NCBI GenBank assembly: GCA_965645245.1
Contig: OZ287070.1
Span: 744,001 to 808,000 of the forward strand
DNA: 64,000 nt
From: Massalongia carnosa
Lineage: Eukaryota
Reading direction: 5' to 3'
Shown here: positions 1 to 11,481 of the stretch, one piece after another
Layout: every line of letters starts with the position of its first letter
Numbering within the stretch: position 1 is the first letter of the stretch
Notes under the pieces: model-generated
Told to the model about the DNA's origin: nothing
Seen by the model: only the letters and a program-made list of their open reading frames with translations
Database searches by the model: none
Position numbers and translations under genes: made by a program

Positions 1-1111
1 TTGCTGGCAGCAGGCCGGAGAGTCGTCTCGGGAGGCGTCAGGCCAGTTTTCACTTTTATATCGACTGTCCTAAGCTCTTCTTTCATTTTCACAGATTGTT
101 CACTTCAACGGTACCCTCGGCGACAGGCAATATAGGTGGCAATTGCGGTAAAGGGGTTGATGTTGAGGCAGGTGCAGAGGGTGGTGCTAGGATGTTTGAT
201 TCTGTGGATGGGCAAAAATTAGATTCTGATGGGAGATTTCCAAGGCCCTAGCTATAGTCCCCTCGATCACAGATAAAATAAATACTAGTCGTTCGTTCAT
301 CCATGAAACCAGGCATGAAGCTGCTCGAGATATAGAGAAGAGTTTCAAGGAGTTTATTGCTGGGCAGCCGCTTGGTCCGCTAGCTATTTCCCCTCATATC
401 TCCCTTCATACATACCTCGATCCATGACTACTTCGTTGCTTTTCTTATTGAATAGGTCACTAGGTAAATAACGAATAGTAGATATGTCTTAACTACAAAA
501 AGGTCTAAATATCTCCATGAGCTTTGGCTATTTGATACGGACCCTCACAGAGTGTGGAGTCAACGAAGAAGGGTTTAGGGAACTTTAGAGCCAGCTCATA
601 GCCAGCTCGATTAATGGGAACTTGACTCAGAAGCTTCCGAGTTGAGACACCTCATTGCCCAACGAGCGCGAGATTCGGATCGTGATGGAGATAGTGTTCC
701 GTAAAAGATAAAGTTATGAGAGTGATGATATGTAGAGGTTTATGTATCGAGCTTTGGGGGCTTCGGCTAATTTGTACTTTCCCAAACTGGAAATACGGGC
801 GGCGCCGAGCCAAGGAGCCCGTATCTAGGTTCTGAGCCCTGACATGAGGCTGTATGTCACGGTCTCTGCTCATCGTGAGGTTTGATTTGAAGGTTTGGTA
901 CAATGATCTGTTGGTGCAATTTGGTGTTTGGATAGAAAAATGGGCATCACCACTGGTTACAGTTGTGATGGAAACAGATTAATGGCCATCCAACATTCTA
1001 TCACCGTTGTCACTAGTTAAGCAACGCACCGCCCCTGAGTTGACCGTGTTCCTTTCGTAATCCTGACTGCACAGTTGTCCGCTCCTATATTCCAATAATT
1101 CCCGCTCTTCC

Positions 1112-1993
1112 TCAATCCGTCTTGGCTTCTTCATCCAGTATGCTACCCTCAATCCTCATGAAGGCCTTCTCTCGGTCCGATGTCCTTGAGCTTTCTACGT
1201 TTATGACCCTGAACTGGATTAAGCCCTCAACCTTATGTCCATCTTTGTCAGCAAAGTAGCCTTGCTCCGCATCGCCGCTGTTAGGTTGATTTTTCTCTCC
1301 TTCTTCGTGATCTGGGTCCTCCAGCATCCTATCTCCTTTATGCTTCCTCGGTTTCCGATAGCTTCCATGAACCCACCTCCAGTTTTTTGGTAGCCTGCTT
1401 CTTTCAATGCTCACATTAAAGAAATTCCAGCATACCAAGCCTAGGTTCCCTTCGCTTTGCAGATTGATCCATCCCTCGAGCCTATTATTTTTTCGCGGTC
1501 TGAAAATACAAAAAACGGCTGTAACCCACACGAAGCTGACCGCATATTCATCGACCGACTTTGCGAGTATGGGACCTGTCTTTTCGGCACTAGAGTGATT
1601 TTGGGGAGATCTAGAAAGCCGAGGATTGGTATACGATAATATGACTCCATGAAAGGGTGGGTAGTAGGTAAGGATCAACGGTGAAAGATGTTCTGCACAA
1701 AGCCCCTGAATGGGATGTTGGTAGGATATTGGCGAAAGCGGGAGAAATAGAGAATAGGATTTCTCATAGAACGGGGATTCGTCAACCGATTCTCGCCGGA
1801 ATTCAGAGGCAACCTTTGCCTTCGTATTCCTCAAATGGCCTACCGAGCGGTGCTTTTTAGCAGTTTTTAGAGATTCGGCATCTTCATAGGTATCTCGCTT
1901 GCGCTTTCTGTCCTTCTTTGCGACATCATTCTCTTCTATCTTCTTGTGCTTCTTCTGGATTGAAGGCTGTAAGATTTCTGGATCTTGAGACAT
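1112..1993 (-). CDS. RPA43: DNA-directed RNA polymerase I subunit RPA43
   Basis: Single-exon ORF, likely ATG at 1993 (MSQDPE). Lys-rich N-terminus, then SLFLPLSPI...LCAEHLSPLILTYYPPFHGVILSY, SFVWVTAVFCIFRP and LEGWINLQSEGNLGLVCWNFFNVSI, typical of fungal Rpa43. Confidence 0.88.
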   Translation of the reverse strand: MSQDPEILQPSIQKKHKKIEENDVAKKDRKRKRDTYEDAESLKTAKKHRSVGHLRNTKAKVASEFRRESVDESPFYEKSYSLFLPLSPISYQHPIQGLCAEHLSPLILTYYPPFHGVILSYTNPRLSRSPQNHSSAEKTGPILAKSVDEYAVSFVWVTAVFCIFRPRKNNRLEGWINLQSEGNLGLVCWNFFNVSIERSRLPKNWRWVHGSYRKPRKHKGDRMLEDPDHEEGEKNQPNSGDAEQGYFADKDGHKVEGLIQFRVINVESSRTSDREKAFMRIEGSILDEEAKTD

Positions 1994-2261
1994 GTTATAT
2001 GCAGATAAAGGGAGAAATCGCTGATACAAATTTTTTGCGATTCGGAGATAATTAACTCGGCGGCTATAAGCTAACCTTAACTTTAATTGATTCACCTACA
2101 TTCTTCAAAACATGAGGACACTCTTACTAAGTAATTCCTTGCGACGGTAGAACAATAACTTTTACATTAAGCCTTCAGCCTGTGAATCAAAATTTTTTTT
2201 CCACAAATTCATATTCGACATGATATGATTCGAAAGGCAGGTCTTAGAGCGTACTTTCAAT

Positions 2262-3549
2262 ATGTCCAGTAATCTTCTTTCTTACGCAGGCTGGACTTTT
2301 TTGCCGAATGTGAGGGTCCCTTTGTATGCTTTCCCTTGTAATGTTCTGGCCCGTTGGATCACTCAAGGTCTTCTATTAACAAGTTTGTAATTTTTCTAGC
2401 TCGTCACTGGCTGGATCCAAGCAATATACTATGGCATCACTATCCGCGCCGGCGATCCGAAGCCTCAACCTGGGACGCCAAGATTTATCAAGCACAGACG
2501 GCGTATACATATGACAGTGGTCGTCGCATACCTTTTATACACCTTTTACGAGGCAGATTACTGGGTGCGACAACAGAGTAACTTCTATCACGATTTAGGC
2601 TTGGGTCTAGACGTAGACGAGAAAAGGATAAAGTCGAAATTTAGGAGACTGTATGAACCCCTCTTTTCAATTGGTGGCAGTTTGCAAGAGAGACAGTTGA
2701 CCCCCATTTTTCAGAGCTGCAATTCACCACCCAGATAAGGTAGCTTCGAATGACGACAGTTCCAGAGCAGAAGACTACTTCGTAAAACTCAAGGTTGCCC
2801 AGGACACTCTCGTTGACCCGGTGAAACGTTTTGCTTACGACCGCTTCGGCCCCGATATGTTGAAATGGCAAAACTGCTCTTCTAGCCGTGACTACCTATT
2901 TGTTGGCCTCCAAGCGGCTATCCCTTTGTATGCTGGCTCCATAATGTTCCTTGTCATCCTGGGCGTGATAGGGTATCTCCAATGGGGACGATTCGTACGA
3001 GATCCCTTATATCTCTAGTATATTAGAAACTCACGATCCCTACCGCAGTGGCGATATCTGACGATCTTCGCTCTCTTCCTACTCGAATATCACACCATCA
3101 CCCGCCCTTACTCTTCGCCGCTCCTGTCAAAAATAATCAACCCCCTCCTTGCCCTTTCAACGCATCCTCCGCTCCTCCCTTTCCAGCTTTTAATCCTCGC
3201 CCGCAAAGCCGCCTTCACGATCTTCATCGCCGCCTCGCAGCTTAGCACCTTCTTCCAACCCGCCACACCCACCTCCATCTCCCCCTCCGGCACTCCCTCG
3301 GTTTTAGAATCGCAACAACTCACGAGGCTAGAGCACTTAGCGCAGGCCATCGGAGTCGAGGCCTCAAGGCTGCTAGCGCTCGACATGGCGCCATTTGCAG
3401 GGGACGAGCAGGGGGTGAAGGAGCTGGGGGGGAGGGTGAAGGATTGGCTGGTAACTAATGCTATACGGTCGGATCCCGAAGTAAGGGATGCGATGGGAAG
3501 GGCTCTAGGGAAGAGAAGGGTCGGGGCACCGCCAGGAGCCAAGGCATGA
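2262..3549 (+). CDS. Membrane-associated DnaJ (J-domain) protein, 4 exons
   Basis: ATG at 2262 (MSSNLLSYAGWTFLPN); GT-AG introns at about 2310-2399, 2650-2714 and 2994-3048. Spliced product has FYHDLGL...IKSKFRRLAAIHHPDK (HPD motif)...LVDPVKRFAYDRFG and hydrophobic segments; ends RRVGAPPGAKA*. Confidence 0.88.
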
Positions 3550-5071
3550 TCAAGCTCTGTTTTTTATATTTTTTATTGGATGGGTAGTCGTTGCATTTTT
3601 AGGAGAGTATTTAGATCTATGTAGGCCTATATATTTACTGAGGCGAAGAGGGAGTAAAGTTTGACCCTGGATAAACGGCGCTATCCGTGCCACCCAATTG
3701 CTCTGTCTGCCTTGTTTATAACTAAAGAATGCCTCAGAGTTAGGCCATATATTTAGCTAACGAGATCTCTTTACATTCTATCTGCCATGTTATAGCCCAT
3801 TTAAACATCTAAAGGCCTTCTCTGCTTCTCCCAGTCCTTTACAAATCTCCAGCCCAAACACCCCTTCACTGAAACTGAGAAAACTAATGATGTCTACAAT
3901 CTTGCACCTATACAGAACCCTTTCACCAGGAATTTATAAATCAAGGACCTCCCTTGGACCATTGTGGCTGAGCTGGATTTAGATGGGATTCTTGTGGTTT
4001 TCAAACTCCTTTTCACAGAAATTGGATCTTTGATGAACCATAATTATTTTAGGGAACCGCTATTGGTACACCCCTTTATTATGCTGCTACATCCTCTTTC
4101 CCGAAGGGGAGCGAGACCCCAGGAAGCAAGTGGGTTTTTTCAACTTTACAGTGCAAAGTCGACGCTTTGTGACATGTTTTCTTGGAAACTCGACCTTTGC
4201 ATATGAGCAATCGTCATATGTACGTTTATAAAGCATTTTTTGAGCGTTCAGAAATTGTAATTAAACAAGTTAAAAGCTGTTATCATGTCTCGAGAAACTT
4301 CATTCTCTTCGATAGGGGTCTCCCATAGAAATATTACTTCAACTTCTCCACCACCTAGTCCATCTCGTCCACATCGTCCACCTCGTCCACCTTGTTGATC
4401 TCGTTCATCTTGTCCACTTCGTCCTTCTCGCTCTTCCCGTCCTCCCTACCTATCTTTTTCTGACAACGCCTTTTTTGTTTTCTTGGATCGTTTTGTATTG
4501 ATGACATAGAGTAACTCTCTTCCTCAACGTGTTTGTTGAGTCTACCTTTTATAGATTCTGTGGTCCGATTAATATCAGCTTGTAGCAGACACCCTAGATC
4601 TAGTGATTAAGTTCTTTCCTCATCCCCTTTTTATTCTCTCGTCCACGTTGTGTGTGACAGTACTTTTCACAGCTCCTTTTAAATTAAAGTGGATACCCAT
4701 TCCAGTGGACTCTTTGGATTTTTTAACAAGATTTACCCCTATATGTGTGTTCTATTGTAGGCATTTTTTGAACATAAGTTTCTGTTAACAATGCTCAGAA
4801 AAACCGTTTGTTCAACGTTTAAAAAAGAATCAAATTCGTCCCTCACAACTCGTAGGTTCGCTTTGCTACTGCGGTAACCATGAAATAATCCGAAACAAGA
4901 TTCTAAAACAACCAGCAAAATGTAGAGAGATTCTACTCTCCAGAAAAGGAAGATGAAAATCTTGACCAAAAAATCCAAGTTTGTTTATAAATCTGGGATC
5001 CTAGTAGTAGATAATGTCACGACCTGCCTGAAGTATAGCCTGTCACTCAATATTGATAGACGCTGCGTCAG

Positions 5072-5795
5072 CTACATGTCCTCCGGTAGGCTATTCCATT
5101 TGGAATGCCCTCTGATCATGCAAGTTGTGGTTTGTACGTGTGAGTAACCGTAACAATTCAGGTCAAAAACAACTTCATCAACGGCCCTCTAGCCAAATTC
5201 AAGATAAAATTGAGCGCCTGCTGGTGTGGCGTTCAAATATATTCTCGCTCCCACTGCTTCAGCTTTCTCAATTCCCCATTTAATGTGCCACAACATTTTC
5301 GGTGATAAGTCGGACGAGTATTGAATGATTTTAAGACTATGAAGGCTTGATCAGTTCAATCTGGAAACTTGGGTTGACCTGAACGAGCTAACCATAGTCT
5401 TTCTGCCTATTGACATATATTTTCTGCTTCGCGTCAAGAGCCAAGTAGTAAGCTTTGGTCAGTGGTGGGTTTGATCCTTCCGGCCATGGTCTTTCATTCT
5501 GTCTTTCGGTTTTCGCATCTTTCTCTTCGCCTGCACTCTGAGAGTGGGGAAATTGCCAGCAAGCATTTGCAACAATTTTCTCAGTTGAAGTATCGGTCAC
5601 TTTCAGATATATGTTTGCCCGATGCAGCTGGAACCCTTGAGCTAGGGTTTCAGTCCTCCACACTAGCATTTCTAAGCTGTTAGTAGGATACATGTAACTA
5701 GCCATTGTGTCCCGGTTGCCCTGATATGCCTAAAAAATGACTGCAGCCAGCTTAGGTATATCCTCGACAGTAGCGTGCGCTAATTCGAACTGCAT
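5072..5795 (-). pseudogene. GNAT-family acetyltransferase pseudogene
   Basis: MQFELAHATVEDIPKLAAVIF*AY...LKVTDTSTEKIVANACWQFP...(intron)...TRPTYHRK/KWGIEKAEAVGARIYLNATPAGAQFYLEFG*RAV. In-frame TAG at 5730-5732 and 5189-5191, plus a frameshift in the acetyl-CoA-binding motif near 5280. Confidence 0.8.
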
Positions 5796-6687
5796 CTTCC
5801 TGCCTCTGGTAAGAAGTAGGTGAGAAATGACTTGCACTCAAGGAGTCATCTAAATAGAGAAGTTTGCTTTGAGCGATAGAGGACATAATGGGGGTTTAAA
5901 TGATAAATGCACTTTGAGCAGTGGTCTGTTTTTTATTGTTGCTTGCGCTTACATGTTATATTTGAAAATGTGTTTGACCACGCTGAGAATGTGCCCTTAC
6001 GAGAGCAACACGTCCTGGGTGAAATTAGTCTGTACAGAAAACAAGAGTTCAGTTTACGACTTCTTGACACAAAAAGGAATACTTAGGAGCTGACAGCCAC
6101 GCAGGAGATTTTTATGATATCAGCCTCGTCAGTTCAATGATGAAGAAAATTAAGTCTTGATTAGGCTGTAACAACTATGCCAAAAGTCTGCGTCCCGAAG
6201 CAGTTTTACACCAAATTACGTACTTTTTAAGAATTTATTACATAACGTACAGTCAAAGAAATTTTATTGACAAAAATTCTTTGAACAAGTTTTAACAAAG
6301 GATTTAAAGTATACGATTTCGATTTTATTTTATCTAGGTTTATGATATGCAATGTATCGATGTATTAAACAGAAGTTGAAAAGTACAGGTTTTGGTGTAA
6401 AACCGCCTCGGGACGCAAACTTTTGGCCTAGTACTGTACATAACTACTCCGTACTGCCTAGAGCATGTATGTCGAAGTTCAAACGGACGGTCAGGCGGCC
6501 CTTCAACGTTGGAGAGCAAAACTCTCAATTAAGCTTAGCGCTTTCTCTGAGATGATACCACTGTACCTAAAGCGGACCTTAGATTTTATCATCGCTATTC
6601 TTTTCAGGTCATATAGAAATCCGAGCGGAAACAAATTTTACATCATCCAACACCACTCCTTCTATCTATCGCGACAAATATTGAAAC

Positions 6688-7318
6688 ATGCCGCCTAAAC
6701 GAACTCCGCCATCCTCTGACCGCGCCTTTCCCTTATCGTCATCGGGATCCTCGAGCTCGGCAGCAGCAAATGGACTGTCTAGTATGTATCATGCTCTTAT
6801 GGCAAGGGAGAACCAAACCGTTGTGCGGAGTGTGACCATTTTTGGGGTAAGACTGTTTTTTTCCTTTGCTCTGATAGACGATCTTGGAGTGGGGCAAAGC
6901 GCTGGAAATTCATTCAAGTGGAGAAATGAAGTGTCGACATGAGATGGGTTGATTGAGGCAAGACTGGGAAAGAATATAATCGTATGAAGCCAATTTTGCG
7001 GGAAATGGTCAAAGGGCTTGTAGAGATGTCGAAAGGGATTCATAGTAATATGAGCGACAGCCTTCAGGCCTTCGATGCCAACCCAGAAGCTAGTAGCTAA
7101 TGTCTTGCTTCCCTCCAGCTCGCCGTCGCCTTCTTCGCAAGTAGTTGGAGCGAACTTCTTTTGCCGCCGTAAGCCTTCCTCCTTTCCTTTATGTCTTGTC
7201 TAATACCTCTATTCGTCTCCTGTTCCACTTCTACTTTCCTCCCTGTTCGTCCCGACCCTACAACGTCGAACTAAAAACCTTACTCACCTCGAAGCTAATC
7301 CTACTTTGCAGGATTTAA
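6688..7318 (+). CDS. TOM6: Mitochondrial TOM complex small subunit Tom6
   Basis: Exon 1 6688-6846 (...SMYHALMARENQTVVRSVTIFG), intron 6847-7118, exon 2 LAVAFFASSWSELLLP, intron 7169-7311, then G ATT TAA. Matches the fungal Tom6 pattern Y..L...EN..VVRS...FG.AVAF..SS..E.LL. Confidence 0.85.
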
Positions 7319-8553
7319 ATTTTTCTCAGGGCAAACGGGCTTTTTGTTCTACGGGGAAGCGGGGATTAGGCATATTGTGGGTGCGTCAACGATACGATCC
7401 GGTATATGGTCTTCCATGTGCGTGTTACGGAAAGTGAAAGAACCGCAACCATTCTCGATGAAAGTAGTAAGCGCCATTTGGCATAGATATGACACCCCAA
7501 CTAAGGTTGAAAGAAACATAATGGAAGGAGATTTGGACCATCGTGTAAAATACAAAGTTATCTATTCTCGAGACAGGGCAGGCAGGGTATCTCCATATTC
7601 GAGCATACCTGAGGGTGCAAAAGATTTGGGATATATAGCAATTCGTCCTAGGCAAAGGGTTGTATGTATTGTGAATTAAGCCCATATCACCCCTTTTCAG
7701 AGTTTTTACCTCCTACCCACCTCTTGTTTGTCATTTTCAAAATCTATTACTGTTTCTTTGGATATTACTTCGTATTTCCTTGTATCACCTTCCATATCTC
7801 CCATTCCCCTGCCTCCAACCTCCATCTCCACCCCCTCGATTTTTTTTCAGTTCAAACATATAGCATGGTAACACTATCCCCCGCAACGGGTGCTAAAACG
7901 CGCGAAGACAGATGAAAAGGCATGAAGAAATAGCAAATAGGAGCCATGAAGGTTTTCTCCAACGGGTTTTTTCTCCAAAACCATATGTGGGGGGGGGGTC
8001 TTTACCTTCAAGATGGAGGAACGATAGCGGGAAAGATCGGCAAGCTCCAACACAATTTTCCAGGTCCTCAGGCACTTAGGGATGAAAGGTGATAAACTTT
8101 TGATTTGCTTCTCTCGCCACACTCAAAACCCCGGTTCAAAATAAGCGTTGCAGCTGAATATACAAAGGCCCGCTTATGCACCCAGCGACATGTTCCGCGG
8201 TTTGGTTTCGTCCTCCTCATTAGAGAACATAATACTGATACACTGTATTATAAACTTGGGACTTTGAAAGATCTGAATGCAGCATTTTTCATTTCTCCTC
8301 AGTGAAAAGTAAAACATCTAGAATCAGAAAGATCGTTAAAAAAATAAAGAGCTAACACAAATACCTCCCTTTTCCTTTTTGGATACTCGTAACACCCCGA
8401 GATCGACATAAAAGTCGTGCGGGCGCAGGACCAGCTGACACCCTGATCCCAGACCGAATCCAGGAAGACATACTGTTTTACTGTCTTTTTTCCCTCAATT
8501 TCTTTTGCTTTTCTATTTTCTTTCCAACTTTTTTGGCTTGCGCAAATGGCTTT

Positions 8554-11481
8554 CTAAAACGAAGGTGGATAGGAGACAGGGGTGTGAGCCATGTCAAATT
8601 GCGGGGTCTGGTAGTGGAGATGCTCAAGGTAAGGATGAGGATCAAGTGAACTAGGGTTGATTAGTTGCTGCTGTTGCTGTTGGGAGGTATGCTGTTGGTG
8701 AAAACTCGAACCGTCGAGTAGGAGGCCGGATGGGTTGATGTGAGTAGGATATGATACAGGGTGAGCGTTGGGATCGGTAGGCGTGTTCTGAGGTGGATAC
8801 TGAAGGTGTGCAGAGTATTGGGGAAGATCGTTAGGCTGTGAATGTGGGATAGTGTCGAAACCGAGTTGGAGAGGCGACGTGACGGGTGGATCAAAGTCGG
8901 TGGCTTGAAAAGGTTGATATACGTGCTCATTAGAAAGGAACATAGCTTGAGAGTCATCATGGGGCTGGGTAGGAGAAATGTAATTGAACGAAGAGGCGGG
9001 TTCAGTGGGCAAGATGTGGATATCCTCTGTTGAATCCATCACCTGCGGTTCCTGCTTAGGTTTCTTGGGCGAGAGTCTTCCAGATGGTGGGCGGTTGGTT
9101 GGAGACCGTGGGTTCTTGATACTCAATCTCCGTGCCGGAACCCTGGGTCTTACATCTCGCAATGAAAGGGAGCGGTGTGCTCTCCTCCTTTGCGCCAATG
9201 CAGACTTGGCTGATGAAGACATTGGAAACCCCATCCTGGACCTGCCAGAACCACGTCTTTTCTCATCATACCGGAGATCACTCCCTGCCATGTGGAAATC
9301 CAAGGGCGAGAACCCATGCGGCGATAAGTCTTGCAGGTACAGATCTTCCAGAAGCATCATCCCTTGCTGTCCCATGACCTTTTCCTTAATCGAATCGCCA
9401 GATACAAGACCTTTGAGCAATGGTCCCAGCCTCTCCACTGCGTCTCCCGCGAGTTTATGGATCCCAAGCTTATTCATCTCGATAAAGGTGCTGTAGGTAT
9501 GTTGAACGGCGCCAAGGTCTCTTGTCTCATTGGTCTCCAGCATGGAGAGAGTAAGCAACATGGCTGCGTTGAACGCCATTTGACCCATTGCCCAGCAAAT
9601 CATTGCAGCTCGAGCGCGGGTCTGGAAGAACTGAAACGCAGCTAGTAGAGCTCGGCAGGATTCGAGCACACGTTCACGCCCGCGAGGAACATAATTAAGA
9701 TCAGATGCCACAGATAAACTTGAAGAGTGGGCGGCAGATTCAGTGATGGAGCCATGATGATTCTCGAGACGTTGCCGGTTGATAATAATCAGAAAGTTGT
9801 GAGTTTTTGCATGCAACGTCCCGGCTTGGACGTCAAGTGGCCACCCGGGTACAGATCTTTCTTTATCTAACCATGTCTCGTCGAAATTAACAAGACTAGG
9901 AAGCGTTTGTTTCAGTAATAGCAATTCATCTGAGAACCTATCTATCTGGTCGTTGCTCAGAAAATCGGCCGATAAAATTTGACGCCCTAGGAGGGTGAAT
10001 TTTGTGATGTAGCTAGAAAGACTTTGGCCAAATGGATCGGGGGTTATTGGCTCTGGCGCTGGACAATCGCCAATACTCGACATTGCAAGTGGTCGTCCGA
10101 GCGCCATGGAGTAATGCTGATCCATGTGCAGCATCCACCACCACAGATTTTTGCGAACCATAACCTCTTTGGAAGACGGAGGAGGATTCGCTTGACTCGG
10201 ATCACGATGCACTGAATACATTAGCTGATTTTGCTATTTGCAGAGTGAAAGAAAATACTCACGCCCTATACTTTGTGCGAGTCTGACGGTCGTGCCAAAC
10301 ATAGCGGACGCATCAATGAACTTGCCACAGTTGGTAAGGTACGGGCCCATCATTACCAAAGTTTGAATGGTGAGCAGCGTTGGTCGGTTCAGGAACGAAG
10401 CGAGCCTCAACGCTTGCATTGCAGCAGCGACTAAGCATGTTAATGTAGGAATCGATCTCTTCAGTGATAATCACATACTGTAGACGTCTCCTTTTCTAGA
10501 TTCTTCTTGGACAGACCCCGCAATCCATTTCTCCCCGTTTTTATCATACACTCCGTCTTGCAGCCCTTGCGCTAGAGTTGCGAAAAGCAAAGCAAGCATA
10601 TTAGGATGAACAGCTGCATTATGCTGCACATTCTCTAGAAAACGATGTATCTCGCTTCCGGTGCATTCTTCGGGTATGTGAGGAAATGAACATGCTTGTG
10701 CTCGCCGTTGGAAAGATTCCAGATAAAAATGAATATCTTCATTACTTGGCAGAAGCTCTATTAGGCCAGCTGTTTCGTCTCTAGCAGACCACAGCGTAGG
10801 AAACGGATGAGTGGTTGATATCGGAAAAGCGAAAATATCAGGCCCCCGAGGAATCGAATGTGGAAGATTTGCAGTGTTGCGGTCAACGGACAGATGCGCA
10901 AACTGGAATGATTTAGTTAAAGCAGACACCATGCAGATAGAGATTAACCTCTTCAATTACATTCGTCATACCCGAACTCCCGAAGTAGAAGCCATCGCCG
11001 TTTTGAAATCGTTTGCGGCTTACACCCGGGGGTTTGACGGCCACTTTTGGAGGAAGTCTTATCTTTTGCGTACTTCGCAGCGGGATCAGATCATCAAAAG
11101 GTTCGGTCTTGATGGGATGACCACGAAGGATCTCGACTTCATTTCGAAGACGAGCGATTGCCTTGTCCTTTTCCTTCAGCGCTTCCGCTTGCAAAATTGG
11201 CTGCCTCTCGGCCTCCGACAGGTCATAACGACACTGATCTGCTATTTGGTGCATCGAACAGGCAGTACATGGCTGAATGCGATCGCACTGAAGCGTAAAT
11301 CATCAGCACCACCCACGGCGGCATTGACCAGCCCATGACGCACCTTGACCTTTCGTTGCCTACACGGATTACAGGAGAGTTGAGGACGTTTGGTTTTCTC
11401 ACGGGGTGGGGGAGGCCGGGCGAGTATTTGTTGCTGATCGGAATGGTCGTTGGGGTTGGCAAAGGGGTTGATGGTGTCCAT
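8554..11481 (-). CDS. Zn(II)2Cys6 fungal transcription factor with fungal-specific TF middle domain, multi-exon
   Basis: SCNPCRQRKVK|CDRIQPCTACSMHQIADQCRY is split by the intron at 11288-11343. Later exons give AMFGTTVRLAQSIG-LHRDP and RKNLWWWMLHMDQHYSMALGRP. Gln/Pro-rich C-terminus. Confidence 0.92.

Noticed and set aside
1..1000. Possible decayed ORF on the minus strand (LINE ORF1-like or host gene)
   Set aside because: Interrupted by stops, truncated by the window edge, and without a diagnostic motif.
3108..3542. Antisense ORFs over real genes (also 8984-9496, 18940-19347, 22274-22747, 51757-52236, 57793-58350)
   Set aside because: Shadow frames of coding exons on the opposite strand, with no independent evidence.
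3700..4980. Decayed coding-like sequence with short acidic/Gly-Arg repeats at 4350-4450
   Set aside because: No recognisable domain or termini, so it cannot be assigned as gene or transposon.
6847..7118. Unusually long TOM6 intron 1 as a possible snoRNA host
   Set aside because: I could not find convincing C/D or H/ACA boxes; an Rfam/Infernal scan would be needed.
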